Shown one piece after another: positions 1 to 11,388 of a stretch of 61,764 bases of DNA (its first letter is position 1; each line of letters starts with the position of its first letter). The translations under genes were made by a program, and so were the position numbers. This stretch comes from a virus. Its lineage: Duplodnaviria > Caudoviricetes. The stretch is from the IMG/VR virus record IMGVR_UViG_3300027162_000003, positions 1-61,764 of that record. One strand, given 5' to 3'. The notes beneath the pieces were generated by a model. It saw nothing but the letters and a program-made list of their open reading frames with translations, was not told the origin of the DNA and made no database searches.

Positions 1-949
<949 letters not shown>

Positions 950-995
950 AAATGATAGTCTTTTAACTGTCCATGAATATCATTGTCAAAACATA

Positions 996-1268
996 TCAAG
1001 AAATCTGTTCCATTTCTTCATAGCTTTCCGCCAAAAGAGTTCCCATATCTTCTACTGCTTCTTCTTCAAGATCGGGGAATCTTGCATGGAGCAATTCATG
1101 GCAGAGAACATTTAGTCTTGTTCTTTCACATTTCGGATTGATGAAAATAGTTCTGCTCGTGTAATCACAAATACCATCGTTATCGACTCCGTTTGTCTTT
1201 CCTGCATGGCCTAATCGTATCTTCCATGACTTTCCGTTTATTGTCTTTTTGATTATTTTCTTTTTCAT
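996..1268 (-). CDS. Small HExxH zinc-metallopeptidase-like protein
   Basis: DGICDYTSRTIFI...LCHELLHA motif followed by acidic helix EEEAVE. Confidence 0.65.
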   Translation of the reverse strand: MKKKIIKKTINGKSWKIRLGHAGKTNGVDNDGICDYTSRTIFINPKCERTRLNVLCHELLHARFPDLEEEAVEDMGTLLAESYEEMEQIS

Positions 1269-1500
1269 GGAATGAATAATATGGAATTTTTCTTTGACTG
1301 TCTTTTACTCGGAATTTTCTAGCGGACACATATCCGTGTTTCTTCCCATCCAAAATCCTTCGATTTGTATGCGTCCTGCTTAGACTCCACATTTCTGATA
1401 ATTCTTCCATCGAATACCATCCACTTGGAATATCATCAATCTGCGATGTTTCTGATTGAATGATTTTTAGGAAATCATTTGGTGTCATGGCAACCTCCAA
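1180..1500 (-). CDS. Hypothetical protein, possible HTH DNA-binding domain
   Basis: GWYSMEELSEMWSLSRTHT resembles an HTH; coupled to the upstream phosphoesterase. Confidence 0.5.
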   Translation of the reverse strand: MEVAMTPNDFLKIIQSETSQIDDIPSGWYSMEELSEMWSLSRTHTNRRILDGKKHGYVSARKFRVKDSQRKIPYYSFHEKENNQKDNKRKVMEDTIRPCRKDKRSR

Positions 1501-2231
1501 GGCTGATTTGCCTCGCGTGTTGTAATGTGAACACTGGACTGCTTCAACTCCTCACAATACTCACCCCACAGGAATCCTTGTTGCCAAGCCAGCGTAGCCC
1601 TTCGCCCTTTCGCATAATCCATAGCAGACCTCTTTGTGAGAGAACCAATGTTGTATCCGGTTCCTCCAACTAGATTGCGACCTGATTGCATAGAAACCTT
1701 GTGCGTGTGACCAAATACAATTTTACGCCTTGTGCTGTTACAGAACGCTTCAGCGGTATCACGAGCAGCCATTTCATTAAACAATACTCCGTGTTGGAAT
1801 CCAATGTCTGCAATGTCAAACATCTGGAATACTCCATCCCAAGGGATGAGCGGAGCGCGAAGTTTTTTGCAACAATCTCCAATCGCTTCAACGATCTTGT
1901 ATGCGGCATGAGCAACAACAGCATTGTTGCTTGATTGCAGTCTCCATGCGCGATCTTCGTGGTTTCCGCAAAGAACGATGTTTGCTTTCAGCATCTTTAG
2001 GTGCATTAATCCTGTGTCAATGTCTGGAATAAGAGGCTCTGCTTCACTTGCTCCTTTTGCTCCAGCCATAAGAGCTGTTAGATCAACGAAATCTCCTAGA
2101 TGAATTGTTGTATGCGGCTTGAAGTCTTTTTGAAACTTCAGAACTGCATCGAGTGCTTCAGGATCACAGAATTTTGCATGGGAGCAGGACACAGCTAGTA
2201 TCCGTTTCCACTTGTGGGTGATGTTTGCCAT
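1485..2231 (-). CDS. Calcineurin-like metallophosphoesterase
   Basis: Motifs SCSH (DxH variant), HLGDFVD, GNHE, QHG, GHTH in canonical order. Confidence 0.85.
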   Translation of the reverse strand: MANITHKWKRILAVSCSHAKFCDPEALDAVLKFQKDFKPHTTIHLGDFVDLTALMAGAKGASEAEPLIPDIDTGLMHLKMLKANIVLCGNHEDRAWRLQSSNNAVVAHAAYKIVEAIGDCCKKLRAPLIPWDGVFQMFDIADIGFQHGVLFNEMAARDTAEAFCNSTRRKIVFGHTHKVSMQSGRNLVGGTGYNIGSLTKRSAMDYAKGRRATLAWQQGFLWGEYCEELKQSSVHITTREANQPWRLP

Positions 2232-3689
2232 TTATTTATTGATGGAGCCGCTTGGATTAATCCGAATTAAATCTTTTACAAGAGTTTTTTTTCTTACTTT
2301 CCTCCAAACGCCATCACCAGACTCTGAATCTCGTTCGCCTTTTCCATTCGTATTTCCCTCTAGTGTTTCTATCCAGTGTCCGTTGTCACTGACAACAAAA
2401 CCAACATGAGAGAAGTCAAATGTCACAATATCTCCAAGTTTCGCTCTGTCTTTTTCAGAAAAAATACGAGTAGTATTTGGTCGCTTTTTTGCCCATGCAG
2501 TTAAGCCATAAGCAAGCGCAGTTTTTGGTCGCCAATCTTCGGGAGTTCTGTTTTTCAGATTGAGCCATTTAACAACTTGAGAATCTTCAAGCCACTCCTT
2601 GATGCACCAATCCGTAAAGGCAGCGCAATTCCCAGTAACAAATGGAGTGCCGCTTGAGTCTCTACAAATAATTATTTCACTCGGAACACTTATGCAATAC
2701 AAGTCGATTTCTTCCTCGTTTATTGAAATATGTTCTTTTTTTAGAGTTCTTGTTTTTTTGTTTGAAGTGGTTATTTCGTAACATGGTTTCTTTTTCTCAA
2801 TTTTTCTTGTTCTTAAATTTGGATGCTTCCCACATAAAATAGACATTGCTGCAAAAACATCAGCGTTTTGTTTTCTTGCCGTTGAAATAACTTTTGTTTT
2901 TATAGTTCCATCCCAAAAAACATATCTGTCTATGAAATATTCGGCTTGTTTTGAAGACAAGCTAAACGCCCAATCCCACCTAATTTCTTTGTAGTCAGAA
3001 AAAATAACTTCAAAATAATCTGGAATTTGAAATTCAAATGTTGTCAATGGAGATTTGCTTGAACCATATACTTTTTGGCTTTTGTGTTCTTGTCCTCCAA
3101 ATTTTTTAAGCTCTTGAATTTTTCTTTCTTTGCTTACTTGAATCCTTATTTTTTGATGTTCTCTTTCTTTTCTTGCAAAATATCCGTCAGCTATAAATGC
3201 AGCTATAAAATCTAAATCTAAAAATGAAAATTTTATATTATCATCATTGTTGATTTTAATTGATGGAATCGTAAGTGACGATGTTAGGCTTGATATTGGT
3301 TTAAGTTGTGGCGAATTTTCATATTTTGTAGTGTTCCAATAACCCCAAAATTTATGTCTTGCATCACACTTGAAATTCAATGAACGAGATTTAATTGTTG
3401 CAATGGAAATTTTGTTTTTTGTGTGAATTATTGCAGTGGGATTAACGAAAGAGACGCTTTTTGATTCTGAATCAACTTGAGCAACAATATCATTTTTTTT
3501 GATGTCTGATAATTTTTTCCATCCAGATATTGTTAGCGTTTCAACTGATTCATCAAAACACCAAGGCCAAGCGGCGGGTGCAAGTTCAGTTGCTTTCTGA
3601 TATTCACGGATTTGATCTCCGCGATTATTCCCGCCAATTTCTCTAACGCCAACCTGCGATTCAGCAATGGCAATTAGTTTTTCTAACAT
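2232..3689 (-). CDS. CHAP-family endolysin precursor containing an intein (spliced product about 174 aa)
   Basis: Exteins read IAESQVGVREIGGNNRG...WPW|CAAF...GDIVTFDFSHVGFV...TLEGNT, a typical phage CHAP amidase; lies in the lysis cassette. Confidence 0.9.
   Translation of the reverse strand: MLEKLIAIAESQVGVREIGGNNRGDQIREYQKATELAPAAWPWCFDESVETLTISGWKKLSDIKKNDIVAQVDSESKSVSFVNPTAIIHTKNKISIATIKSRSLNFKCDARHKFWGYWNTTKYENSPQLKPISSLTSSLTIPSIKINNDDNIKFSFLDLDFIAAFIADGYFARKEREHQKIRIQVSKERKIQELKKFGGQEHKSQKVYGSSKSPLTTFEFQIPDYFEVIFSDYKEIRWDWAFSLSSKQAEYFIDRYVFWDGTIKTKVISTARKQNADVFAAMSILCGKHPNLRTRKIEKKKPCYEITTSNKKTRTLKKEHISINEEEIDLYCISVPSEIIICRDSSGTPFVTGNCAAFTDWCIKEWLEDSQVVKWLNLKNRTPEDWRPKTALAYGLTAWAKKRPNTTRIFSEKDRAKLGDIVTFDFSHVGFVVSDNGHWIETLEGNTNGKGERDSESGDGVWRKVRKKTLVKDLIRINPSGSINK
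2628..3560 (-). mobile_element. Intein (311 aa) with LAGLIDADG-like endonuclease region
   Basis: Starts CFDESVETLTISGWKK (block A), has HKFW (block B) and FIAAFIADG / YVFWDG motifs, ends LYCISVPSEIIICR...VTGN followed by C+1; visibly AT-richer than the flanks. Confidence 0.9.
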
Positions 3690-3866
3690 TTATTTTTTGT
3701 CTTTGCGGATGATATTGATGAGTCCAACGAGGCTCAATCCAGCCGCAAGAATTCCTTCTTGCATCGAAGGATCAAGTTTTACGCCAAGAGCAGTCGCTAC
3801 CAAAATCAAACCGCGCCATGTGCTATTTTCGCTGAGTCGTTCAAGAATTGTATTTACAATTTTCAT
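3690..3866 (-). CDS. Putative holin (58 aa, two TM helices)
   Basis: Manual translation MKIVNTILERLSENSTWRGLILVATALGVKLDPSMQEGILAAGLSLVGLINIIRKDKK; basic C-tail; directly upstream of the lysin; below the ORF-track cutoff. Confidence 0.75.
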   Translation of the reverse strand: MKIVNTILERLSENSTWRGLILVATALGVKLDPSMQEGILAAGLSLVGLINIIRKDKK

Positions 3867-3867
3867 A

Positions 3868-4098
3868 TTATTTGTCTTTTATTGTTTTTGAGAAGTGTTC
3901 CCAAGCATACATCACACTTGGGTCTTCTTTTGGTTTATCTTCTTTTTGTTTATCTGGGTCGATGTATGGAATGTAGGATACTGCCAACTTTAATTGAACT
4001 GAACCGAGCTTACCTTGATTCTGTCCTGCTGGTGGTATTGGAATATTGACGCATGAAGTAAGCCCAAAAGCAAGCAGAATAATTACCAGTGATTTCAT
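3868..4098 (-). CDS. Lipoprotein, possible spanin component
   Basis: Signal peptide with lipobox LTSC, Pro-rich, in the lysis cassette. Confidence 0.6.
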   Translation of the reverse strand: MKSLVIILLAFGLTSCVNIPIPPAGQNQGKLGSVQLKLAVSYIPYIDPDKQKEDKPKEDPSVMYAWEHFSKTIKDK

Positions 4099-4289
4099 TT
4101 ATCTTTATATTTTTTAAGTTTTGCAAGCATGACATAGATCGAAACCCATGCGGCAATAATTGCACTAGCTGAAGCTAAAATTCTAAACCAAATGTCAAGT
4201 TCTGGTAACATAGAGACGGCAACTGCAAATACACTATAGATTGTGCCAGCATATCCAGTTCCATGTGAAAATCCACTATCTGAGTTCAT
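4095..4289 (-). CDS. Small membrane protein (holin/antiholin-like)
   Basis: Two hydrophobic segments and a Lys-rich C-terminus. Confidence 0.55.
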   Translation of the reverse strand: MNSDSGFSHGTGYAGTIYSVFAVAVSMLPELDIWFRILASASAIIAAWVSIYVMLAKLKKYKDK

Positions 4290-4295
4290 TTTTAA

Positions 4296-5047
4296 TTAAG
4301 GTCTTGAGTTTTTGTAAGGATGTCCTGCGGGAAGATTCCCTTGCAATCCCCATTTCCATGCAAGGTAACCCTCTGTGATTTCTTGGTTAGCGGCATCCGA
4401 GAACGCAATTGTTTCGGCAATGTATCCATCCAAATCTTGCGATTCGATTTCATTGTGTCCTAATGAAATGATTGTGAATGGATTTGTGCCGATATTCCCA
4501 GTATTAGTTTGTGCGCCATTTACCCTCCAAGCTGAAGTCGCGCCATTGAATTTGGGAAGCAGTATATAAGGTTGATCCCGAACGGCAGCACCTCCGCCCA
4601 TTTGTTGATTCACCCCAGTATTTGAGCCACCAATGATTTCCCAAGTATTACCAGAAGTAAATCTTCCTGACAATCTTGTTCCAGCAGTAGTCGATCCTAC
4701 CCTTCCAGCCATGAAGAAATGTTGAGCCGCCGCAGAACTATCAACCTGCAAGACCATTGCAATGTATAGACGGCTTGCTGCTTGGTCGTATGCAAACGCT
4801 GTGTTTTCCAAACAGTTGTTTCCAGTATATTCAAATACATTTAACCCGTTAAGATTTCTGGTTCCTGTATTCGGACCAACTGTCCCAGCAGCCCTTGTCA
4901 GGGTTCTGCTATTTCCAGACTTATCAAGAACTTGAGTAACTTGACTTCCTGTTGCGGTGATCGTTGCTGTATCAGCAGCATCATACCAAAAAATTGTTGG
5001 GATGCTAGCTGGTGTCCAATAAGAGGACGCAAACAGCATTTGATTAA

Positions 5048-5051
<4 letters not shown>
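4296..5051 (-). CDS. Fibre tip / lectin (LamG-like) domain protein
   Basis: [21 protein letters not shown]...[15 protein letters not shown]; paralog of 6549-7358. Confidence 0.65.
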
Positions 5052-6487
<1,436 letters not shown>

Positions 6488-6548
6488 ATTATTATATTGC
6501 TATAACAGCTTCTTTTAACTAGTCAAATCCATGATTATATCAAATTAC

Positions 6549-7358
6549 TCATGGCGGGAAATTTTTGTATTGATGGACTGCTGGAAGGTTGCCTTGTAGC
6601 CCCCACTTCCACGCGAGATAGCCTTCGACGGATGTGACATCGCTGGGGGCGGTGAACCCGACCATTTCGGCGATAAACCCGTCGAGGGCGAACCCTCCGT
6701 TTTCATTGCCGCCTAGCAAAAGGAGATTGCAGTCATTCGTGCCAACATTGCCCGTATTTGTGACAAGGCCGTTAGTTCGCCACGCTGACGAGTCAGAGTT
6801 GAGTTTCGGAACGACGAGGTAAGGGGTTTCGATGAATGCTGCCCCACCGCCCATCGCGATATTCGCTCCGCCCGCCGAGCCGCCGAGGATTTGGAAAGTG
6901 TTAGCATCTTGCCACCGGCAGGACATTCGCAGCCCAGCGGTGGTGCTTGTTGTTAAAGCCCAGAGGCCATACTGGACCGCACTCACATCAATAAAAAGAA
7001 CCTGCGCGATGTAGAGCGGCGTGGTGGCTTGGGCGTGAGTGAAAGTTGCGTTTTGCAACGAGACGCCAGATTGCCAGTCGAAAACATTTTTCCCGTTGAA
7101 TTGTCGAGTCCCCGTCTTTGGCCCTACCAGACCGCTCTTACGAGTGAGCGTGTAGTTGTTCCCGCTTTTGTCGAGGACTTGAGTGACCTCATTTGTCGCT
7201 GAGTTAAAAGTGATCGTGCTGGCGTCCGTGGCGTCATACCAAAATCGTGTCGTGATGTTCGCAGGAGTCCAATTCGGCCAAACTTTTGTCGTGCCAATGT
7301 AAGCCGCCGCAACAGACGAGTTGCCAATTTTAAGCTGTGATCCGGCGAGGGCTGGCAT
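6549..7358 (-). CDS. Fibre tip / lectin-like protein (paralog of 4296-5051)
   Basis: Same [23 protein letters not shown] motifs; N-terminal LKIG..AAAYIGTTKVWP adaptor motif. Confidence 0.65.
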   Translation of the reverse strand: MPALAGSQLKIGNSSVAAAYIGTTKVWPNWTPANITTRFWYDATDASTITFNSATNEVTQVLDKSGNNYTLTRKSGLVGPKTGTRQFNGKNVFDWQSGVSLQNATFTHAQATTPLYIAQVLFIDVSAVQYGLWALTTSTTAGLRMSCRWQDANTFQILGGSAGGANIAMGGGAAFIETPYLVVPKLNSDSSAWRTNGLVTNTGNVGTNDCNLLLLGGNENGGFALDGFIAEMVGFTAPSDVTSVEGYLAWKWGLQGNLPAVHQYKNFPP

Positions 7359-7685
7359 TTATGTGACGAGGTAAAGGGTGTTCGCGTCTTTGGGGGAGAT
7401 GGCGTCATACTGCGCCTGCGTGAGACATCGGATTGTGTTGACGGGAACAGCATCGGCGGGAGCTTTTGCCACCGCGAGGTCAGCTTTCGCTCCTTGCACG
7501 GCGGTAGCGTAAACGGAATCGTCAGTCGCGGCTACGGAGAGGATTGGTTTGTTTAGCACCTCGCCCCATGTGACGGCTCTCGCCTGAACTCCTACGACAA
7601 CCCACGATGTGCCGTTAAATTTCCAAGTCTTCTCGCCGCTCGTGAAAACATCGTTTGTGGAAGGATTGTTGGGGAAGTCGATCAT
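7359..7685 (-). CDS. Small fibre adaptor protein
   Basis: N-terminal IDFPNNPS..TWKFNGTSW and C-terminal LTQAQYDAISPKDANTLY motifs. Confidence 0.6.
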   Translation of the reverse strand: MIDFPNNPSTNDVFTSGEKTWKFNGTSWVVVGVQARAVTWGEVLNKPILSVAATDDSVYATAVQGAKADLAVAKAPADAVPVNTIRCLTQAQYDAISPKDANTLYLVT

Positions 7686-8902
7686 GGTGTCGAGAGGGCT
7701 GCGGCGAGTTGTTCGCCAGTAATTTCAGCAGTCGAGCAGTTTTTCAGACGCTCTCCAATAGAACCTGCTGTGGTCATGCCGCTGGTTGGAGCAGCCCACA
7801 AATCTTGGATGACCGAGGCGAGCGAGAGAACTGCTGTTCCTGTGGTGTTATCGACTGGCACACCAAGAGCGACAGACCCAGCGGCTGGGACGGCGCATGA
7901 ACCAGTAAGCGCACCAGAAGCGTAGTTGACTCCGCTGCGGACATCGCTGGCGGCTGGCATCGCTGCGTTTTGCGTGGCATCGATGAGGGTCTTCCGCCCA
8001 CCTGTGGTGGTGTAAAAGTTTGCGTTGTTTGAGCCGTTAGCGACCAGACGCACCGCACCGCTGGTTGGCGATTGGCCGAGTGCGCCAAACTCAATTTGCT
8101 CTACAGTGGTGATTGAGTTTGAACTGCTGCCAGAGACTCCCGGTGTGGCTGTCAACCCAGTCGCGCCGGGGCCAAATCCATTTCCCACAGCTTTTGTGAC
8201 ACGCAGAGTTCCCGAATTATTAAATGCTCCTACTCCATTGTTGGTTCCGCCTGTGGCCGTGCCAGTTATTTCGATAGTGCCGCTGGAACCATTAAACGCT
8301 CCGTGAGGACTGGTTGGATGTGTTCCTCCGGTGACATTTCCGGTGATGAAAATATTCCCTGTCGATGTATTTGTAACACCGTAGGCAGTTCCTCCAGCCC
8401 CCCCAAAAATTCCCCCGCTTGCGGTTAGGTAGATTGTTCCGCCGCTGGAATTTCGGACTCCATTTCCGTTTGTTCCGTTCCCGCTTCCTACCGTGCCGCT
8501 GACGGTGATCGTGAGCGTTCCGGTGCTTGAGTTGTCTACCGCCGAATTGTTCGTTCCAGCCGCAATAGTGCCAGCGACAATCGTTGCGGTGGATGGGGTT
8601 GTGGAGTTAAATACGACGCAATTTGCGTTGGTTCCGTTTGCGTTGCCGTAAACATTGGATGTCAGTGTGACGCCAGCCGCCAGCGTGAACCCTCCGCCGT
8701 TTGCGGCTCCGCCCGTGGTGTCATTGCGAACCTGTCCAGTTGCGCCAAGGTTGGTATCGACATTGACTGTAATGGCAAAAGTGTTTGCGACGAGGATGTC
8801 GCCGCTGGCAAAAGTGACCGCTGCGGCTGTGCCGCTTGGCGTGGTCGCCCAGACATCGGCGGCGTTTATGTTTCCGGCCTTTCGGGCAAAGTATGTAGCC
8901 AT
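7682..8902 (-). CDS. Gly/Thr/Asn-rich beta-solenoid fibre/spike protein
   Basis: Repeats of N.SSGT(I/L).ITG..TGG; located in the fibre cluster. Confidence 0.65.
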   Translation of the reverse strand: MATYFARKAGNINAADVWATTPSGTAAAVTFASGDILVANTFAITVNVDTNLGATGQVRNDTTGGAANGGGFTLAAGVTLTSNVYGNANGTNANCVVFNSTTPSTATIVAGTIAAGTNNSAVDNSSTGTLTITVSGTVGSGNGTNGNGVRNSSGGTIYLTASGGIFGGAGGTAYGVTNTSTGNIFITGNVTGGTHPTSPHGAFNGSSGTIEITGTATGGTNNGVGAFNNSGTLRVTKAVGNGFGPGATGLTATPGVSGSSSNSITTVEQIEFGALGQSPTSGAVRLVANGSNNANFYTTTGGRKTLIDATQNAAMPAASDVRSGVNYASGALTGSCAVPAAGSVALGVPVDNTTGTAVLSLASVIQDLWAAPTSGMTTAGSIGERLKNCSTAEITGEQLAAALSTP

Positions 8903-8905
8903 AGC

Positions 8906-9187
8906 TTAGAGTCCTTTCGCGGTGAGGTAGGCTTGCAATGCGGCTTGAATCGCGCCCACGGCTTGCTGGGTGGCTTCGTCAGCACCAGCCAATGAGCCGA
9001 GTGCGATGCCAATGGCGGCTTCGTCGGCGGTATAGACTTCGCCGTTTTCAATGCGGGTCGGGACAAGGCGCATTGCGACATTGGCATCGGTCGAACCGTC
9101 TCCGTTATATTTGCCCGTGATGGCGAGGTTTAGGTTAAATCGGTCAAATGTTTTGCCGTCAATTTGGATTGGATTATTTGAGATCAT
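8906..9187 (-). CDS. Hypothetical fibre-associated protein
   Basis: Clean ORF in the fibre operon. Confidence 0.6.
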   Translation of the reverse strand: MISNNPIQIDGKTFDRFNLNLAITGKYNGDGSTDANVAMRLVPTRIENGEVYTADEAAIGIALGSLAGADEATQQAVGAIQAALQAYLTAKGL

Positions 9188-9195
9188 ATGGATGA

Positions 9196-9939
9196 TTATG
9201 TGTAGGTTAGACTTGCTCTATCATTCCACACGCCAGATGCGGTGGTTTTGGTGGTTGTTCCTGAGGAGGAAATTTCTAGGCGGGTTATATTCCAGCCTGA
9301 TGCGGACTCGCTCGTTCCGTCAACAGCAGTTCCAGTATACGAATAAGGCGCAGCGTAAGCGTGACGGACTTCGTAGCTTTGCGAACCACTCAAGCCAAAC
9401 TCGACCCATTGAGAATCGTAATAGACAAAAGATCGTAGAGTTCCCTCTTCTAGCCAAAGCATCCCTGCGGATGGCGATGAGGGAGGAGTTGCTGAAACAG
9501 AAAATGTCGTTGGCTTATTTGTAAGGTCGTTGTAGCTTCCGCTGGTTGCAACTGCGGAAAGAGTTGGCTTGTTTAGAATTTGCGATGATCCGCTGGTCGC
9601 ATTCCAGTCTGCTTGCTGTCCTGCGCTTCCAACATCAGAAAGAGTTGCCAATGTCCCAGATGCACTAGGAAGGGTAAAAGTTTTTGCAGATGAATTGTCT
9701 GTTATAACAATCTGACCAGAATTATTGAGTTCTAATTCTGTGTTCTTGTCTGCGGACAAGAGCTGATCGTGCGAGTGAAGATAAGGCGCACCGATCTCAA
9801 CGATTGCACCCGTGCTTGGATGCTTGCCATACCATTGCTGGTCGGCATAATTAACGGCAACTTCTCCGCTTACCAAGTCGCTTGAACTTGGGACTTTGGA
9901 AATTGCGCTTTTTTTAGGAATGATCCTAGGGTTTGCCAT
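9196..9939 (-). CDS. Fibre protein with Mtd-N-like N-terminal domain
   Basis: PSSSDLVSGEVAVNYAD; ILNKPTLSAVATSGSYNDLTNKP repeat; PPSSPSAGMLW module. Confidence 0.7.
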   Translation of the reverse strand: MANPRIIPKKSAISKVPSSSDLVSGEVAVNYADQQWYGKHPSTGAIVEIGAPYLHSHDQLLSADKNTELELNNSGQIVITDNSSAKTFTLPSASGTLATLSDVGSAGQQADWNATSGSSQILNKPTLSAVATSGSYNDLTNKPTTFSVSATPPSSPSAGMLWLEEGTLRSFVYYDSQWVEFGLSGSQSYEVRHAYAAPYSYTGTAVDGTSESASGWNITRLEISSSGTTTKTTASGVWNDRASLTYT

Positions 9940-9955
9940 CTTATTGAAGAGGGTT

Positions 9956-9984
9956 GCCCCCGTGGGTTTTACCCCACGGAGGAC
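9956..9984 (-). terminator. GC-rich intergenic hairpin
   Basis: CCCCGTGGG-tttac-CCCACGGAGG inverted repeat between two fibre genes. Confidence 0.5.
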
Positions 9985-9998
9985 TTGTTTGTTTTATT

Positions 9999-10787
9999 TT
10001 AGTAGGTTCCGCCGTCGATGGTGGTTTCGAGAGCAGTAACACGGGTATCGAGAGCCGAGTCAGCATTGGCGCGAGTGGTCGCTTCGCTAGAGATGGCTCC
10101 AGCATTGGTAACGATATCAGCTTCAGCGGTGGTTACACGGGCTGCAAGAGCAGTCGCATCAGACTCAACACCATCAATACGAATACCGAGGGCGGTATCA
10201 GCATTCGTGCGATCAGTCACCTCTTGGGCGAGAGCTGCATTGTTGCTAGTAACATAACCAGCGAAAGCGGAGTCGTTAGCAGTATCAACGCTGTTGATGA
10301 GGGTAACGATTTCAGCAAAGCTGTCTTTGTCAGCGTCAGCGGCCAAGAGGATCGCGTCGATGCGATTTTTCTCAGTCGTGATCTTGCCGTCGAGGGCGGT
10401 GTCAGCATTGGTGCGAGCAGTGGCTTCTGCCGAAACAGCAGCGGTGCGGTCACTGATTTCCGTTGCGAGGTTGCTGGCGATAACGCCTTCAGCGGCGGTA
10501 GCGCGAGAAATCTCATTATTGAGGTTGGTGGTCAGAACACCATCAGCGGCGATACGAGCAGTCTCTTCAGCAGTGATAGCAGCGGAGAGGGTCGTGTTCG
10601 CAGTCGAGACTGCACTATCAGCATACGACTTGGTAGCGAAGGTTCCTTCACCGCCAATTGCGAGGGCTGATCCGTCAGCTTTACCAACGAAGAGGTTGAG
10701 GTTTGTCAGGTCGATAGCCAACTCACCAGAAGACAAGCTAACTGGAGTGCTGGAACCGCGTTTAATACGAATGATGGGATTTGCCAT
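9999..10787 (-). CDS. Coiled-coil fibre with Mtd-N-like N-terminus
   Basis: IRIKRG..LSSGELAIDLTNLNLFVG; repeated E..AR..AD..L heptads; ends IDGGTY. Confidence 0.8.
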   Translation of the reverse strand: MANPIIRIKRGSSTPVSLSSGELAIDLTNLNLFVGKADGSALAIGGEGTFATKSYADSAVSTANTTLSAAITAEETARIAADGVLTTNLNNEISRATAAEGVIASNLATEISDRTAAVSAEATARTNADTALDGKITTEKNRIDAILLAADADKDSFAEIVTLINSVDTANDSAFAGYVTSNNAALAQEVTDRTNADTALGIRIDGVESDATALAARVTTAEADIVTNAGAISSEATTRANADSALDTRVTALETTIDGGTY

Positions 10788-10843
10788 AGTTTTTTATTAT
10801 TTTGTTGTTGTTGTTTTTTGTTTTTCTGGTTATTCAGAAAGTT

Positions 10844-11020
10844 TTAAGGTGCTGGAGGACTATATTCTCCTGCATCAATTTCAGCTACATTTGTAAGTTC
10901 TCCACTTTGTATTTGAGCAATTTCATTTCCATTTGGCAGAGTTCCCTCTTCGCTAATTTGAAGCGTTGAATTAGAACTTAAGTCCAGCTTCCCAGTAAAT
11001 GGATTGAATCTCACTGCCAT
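10844..11020 (-). CDS. Small adaptor protein (58 aa)
   Basis: Manual translation [16 protein letters not shown]...EIDAGEYSPPAP; shares FNPFTGKLD with 5048-6487. Confidence 0.7.
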   Translation of the reverse strand: MAVRFNPFTGKLDLSSNSTLQISEEGTLPNGNEIAQIQSGELTNVAEIDAGEYSPPAP

Positions 11021-11022
11021 AT

Positions 11023-11292
11023 TTAAGATATGCTGACATTGATAAGATTAGCGTCATTAGAAGTCGGAGGCTGAACAGAATAGGTCAGAGTCAATGTTGC
11101 AACAGGAGTAGATGCTTTCTTGTAAACAACAGTAGCGATGTTATTGGTTACTCCGTAGTAAGTCAAAGAAAGCTCGTCATACTCTGGAATCTGAAACCCC
11201 TGAAGATTAGCTAGTGCAGTAGAAACGCTATCAACACCATCAAGAACCAAGTGACGATATTTTGCTGTGTCGAGAATAGAAGGGACATCCAT
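11023..11292 (-). CDS. Putative capsid decoration/fibre base protein
   Basis: Beta-rich small ORF right after the capsid gene, with its own TTTACA-N17-TACAAT promoter. Confidence 0.55.
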   Translation of the reverse strand: MDVPSILDTAKYRHLVLDGVDSVSTALANLQGFQIPEYDELSLTYYGVTNNIATVVYKKASTPVATLTLTYSVQPPTSNDANLINVSIS

Positions 11293-11340
11293 AATGGTAT
11301 TGTAGTTATTTTAATTTAGCTTGTAAAATGTAAACTGATT

Positions 11341-11373
11341 AGGTGAGGGGCGGGATTGGACCACCCCCCACCG
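11341..11373 (-). terminator. Hairpin after major capsid gene
   Basis: Minus strand GGTGGGGGGTGG-tccaat-CCCGCCCCTCACC stem-loop just after the stop. Confidence 0.55.
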
Positions 11374-11388
11374 ATACCAACTTACCAA

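Noticed and set aside
9196-10787. Diversity-generating retroelement suggested by Mtd-N-like domains and paralogous tips
   Set aside because: No reverse transcriptase recognised and no adenine-specific TR/VR pair seen; the paralogs differ throughout
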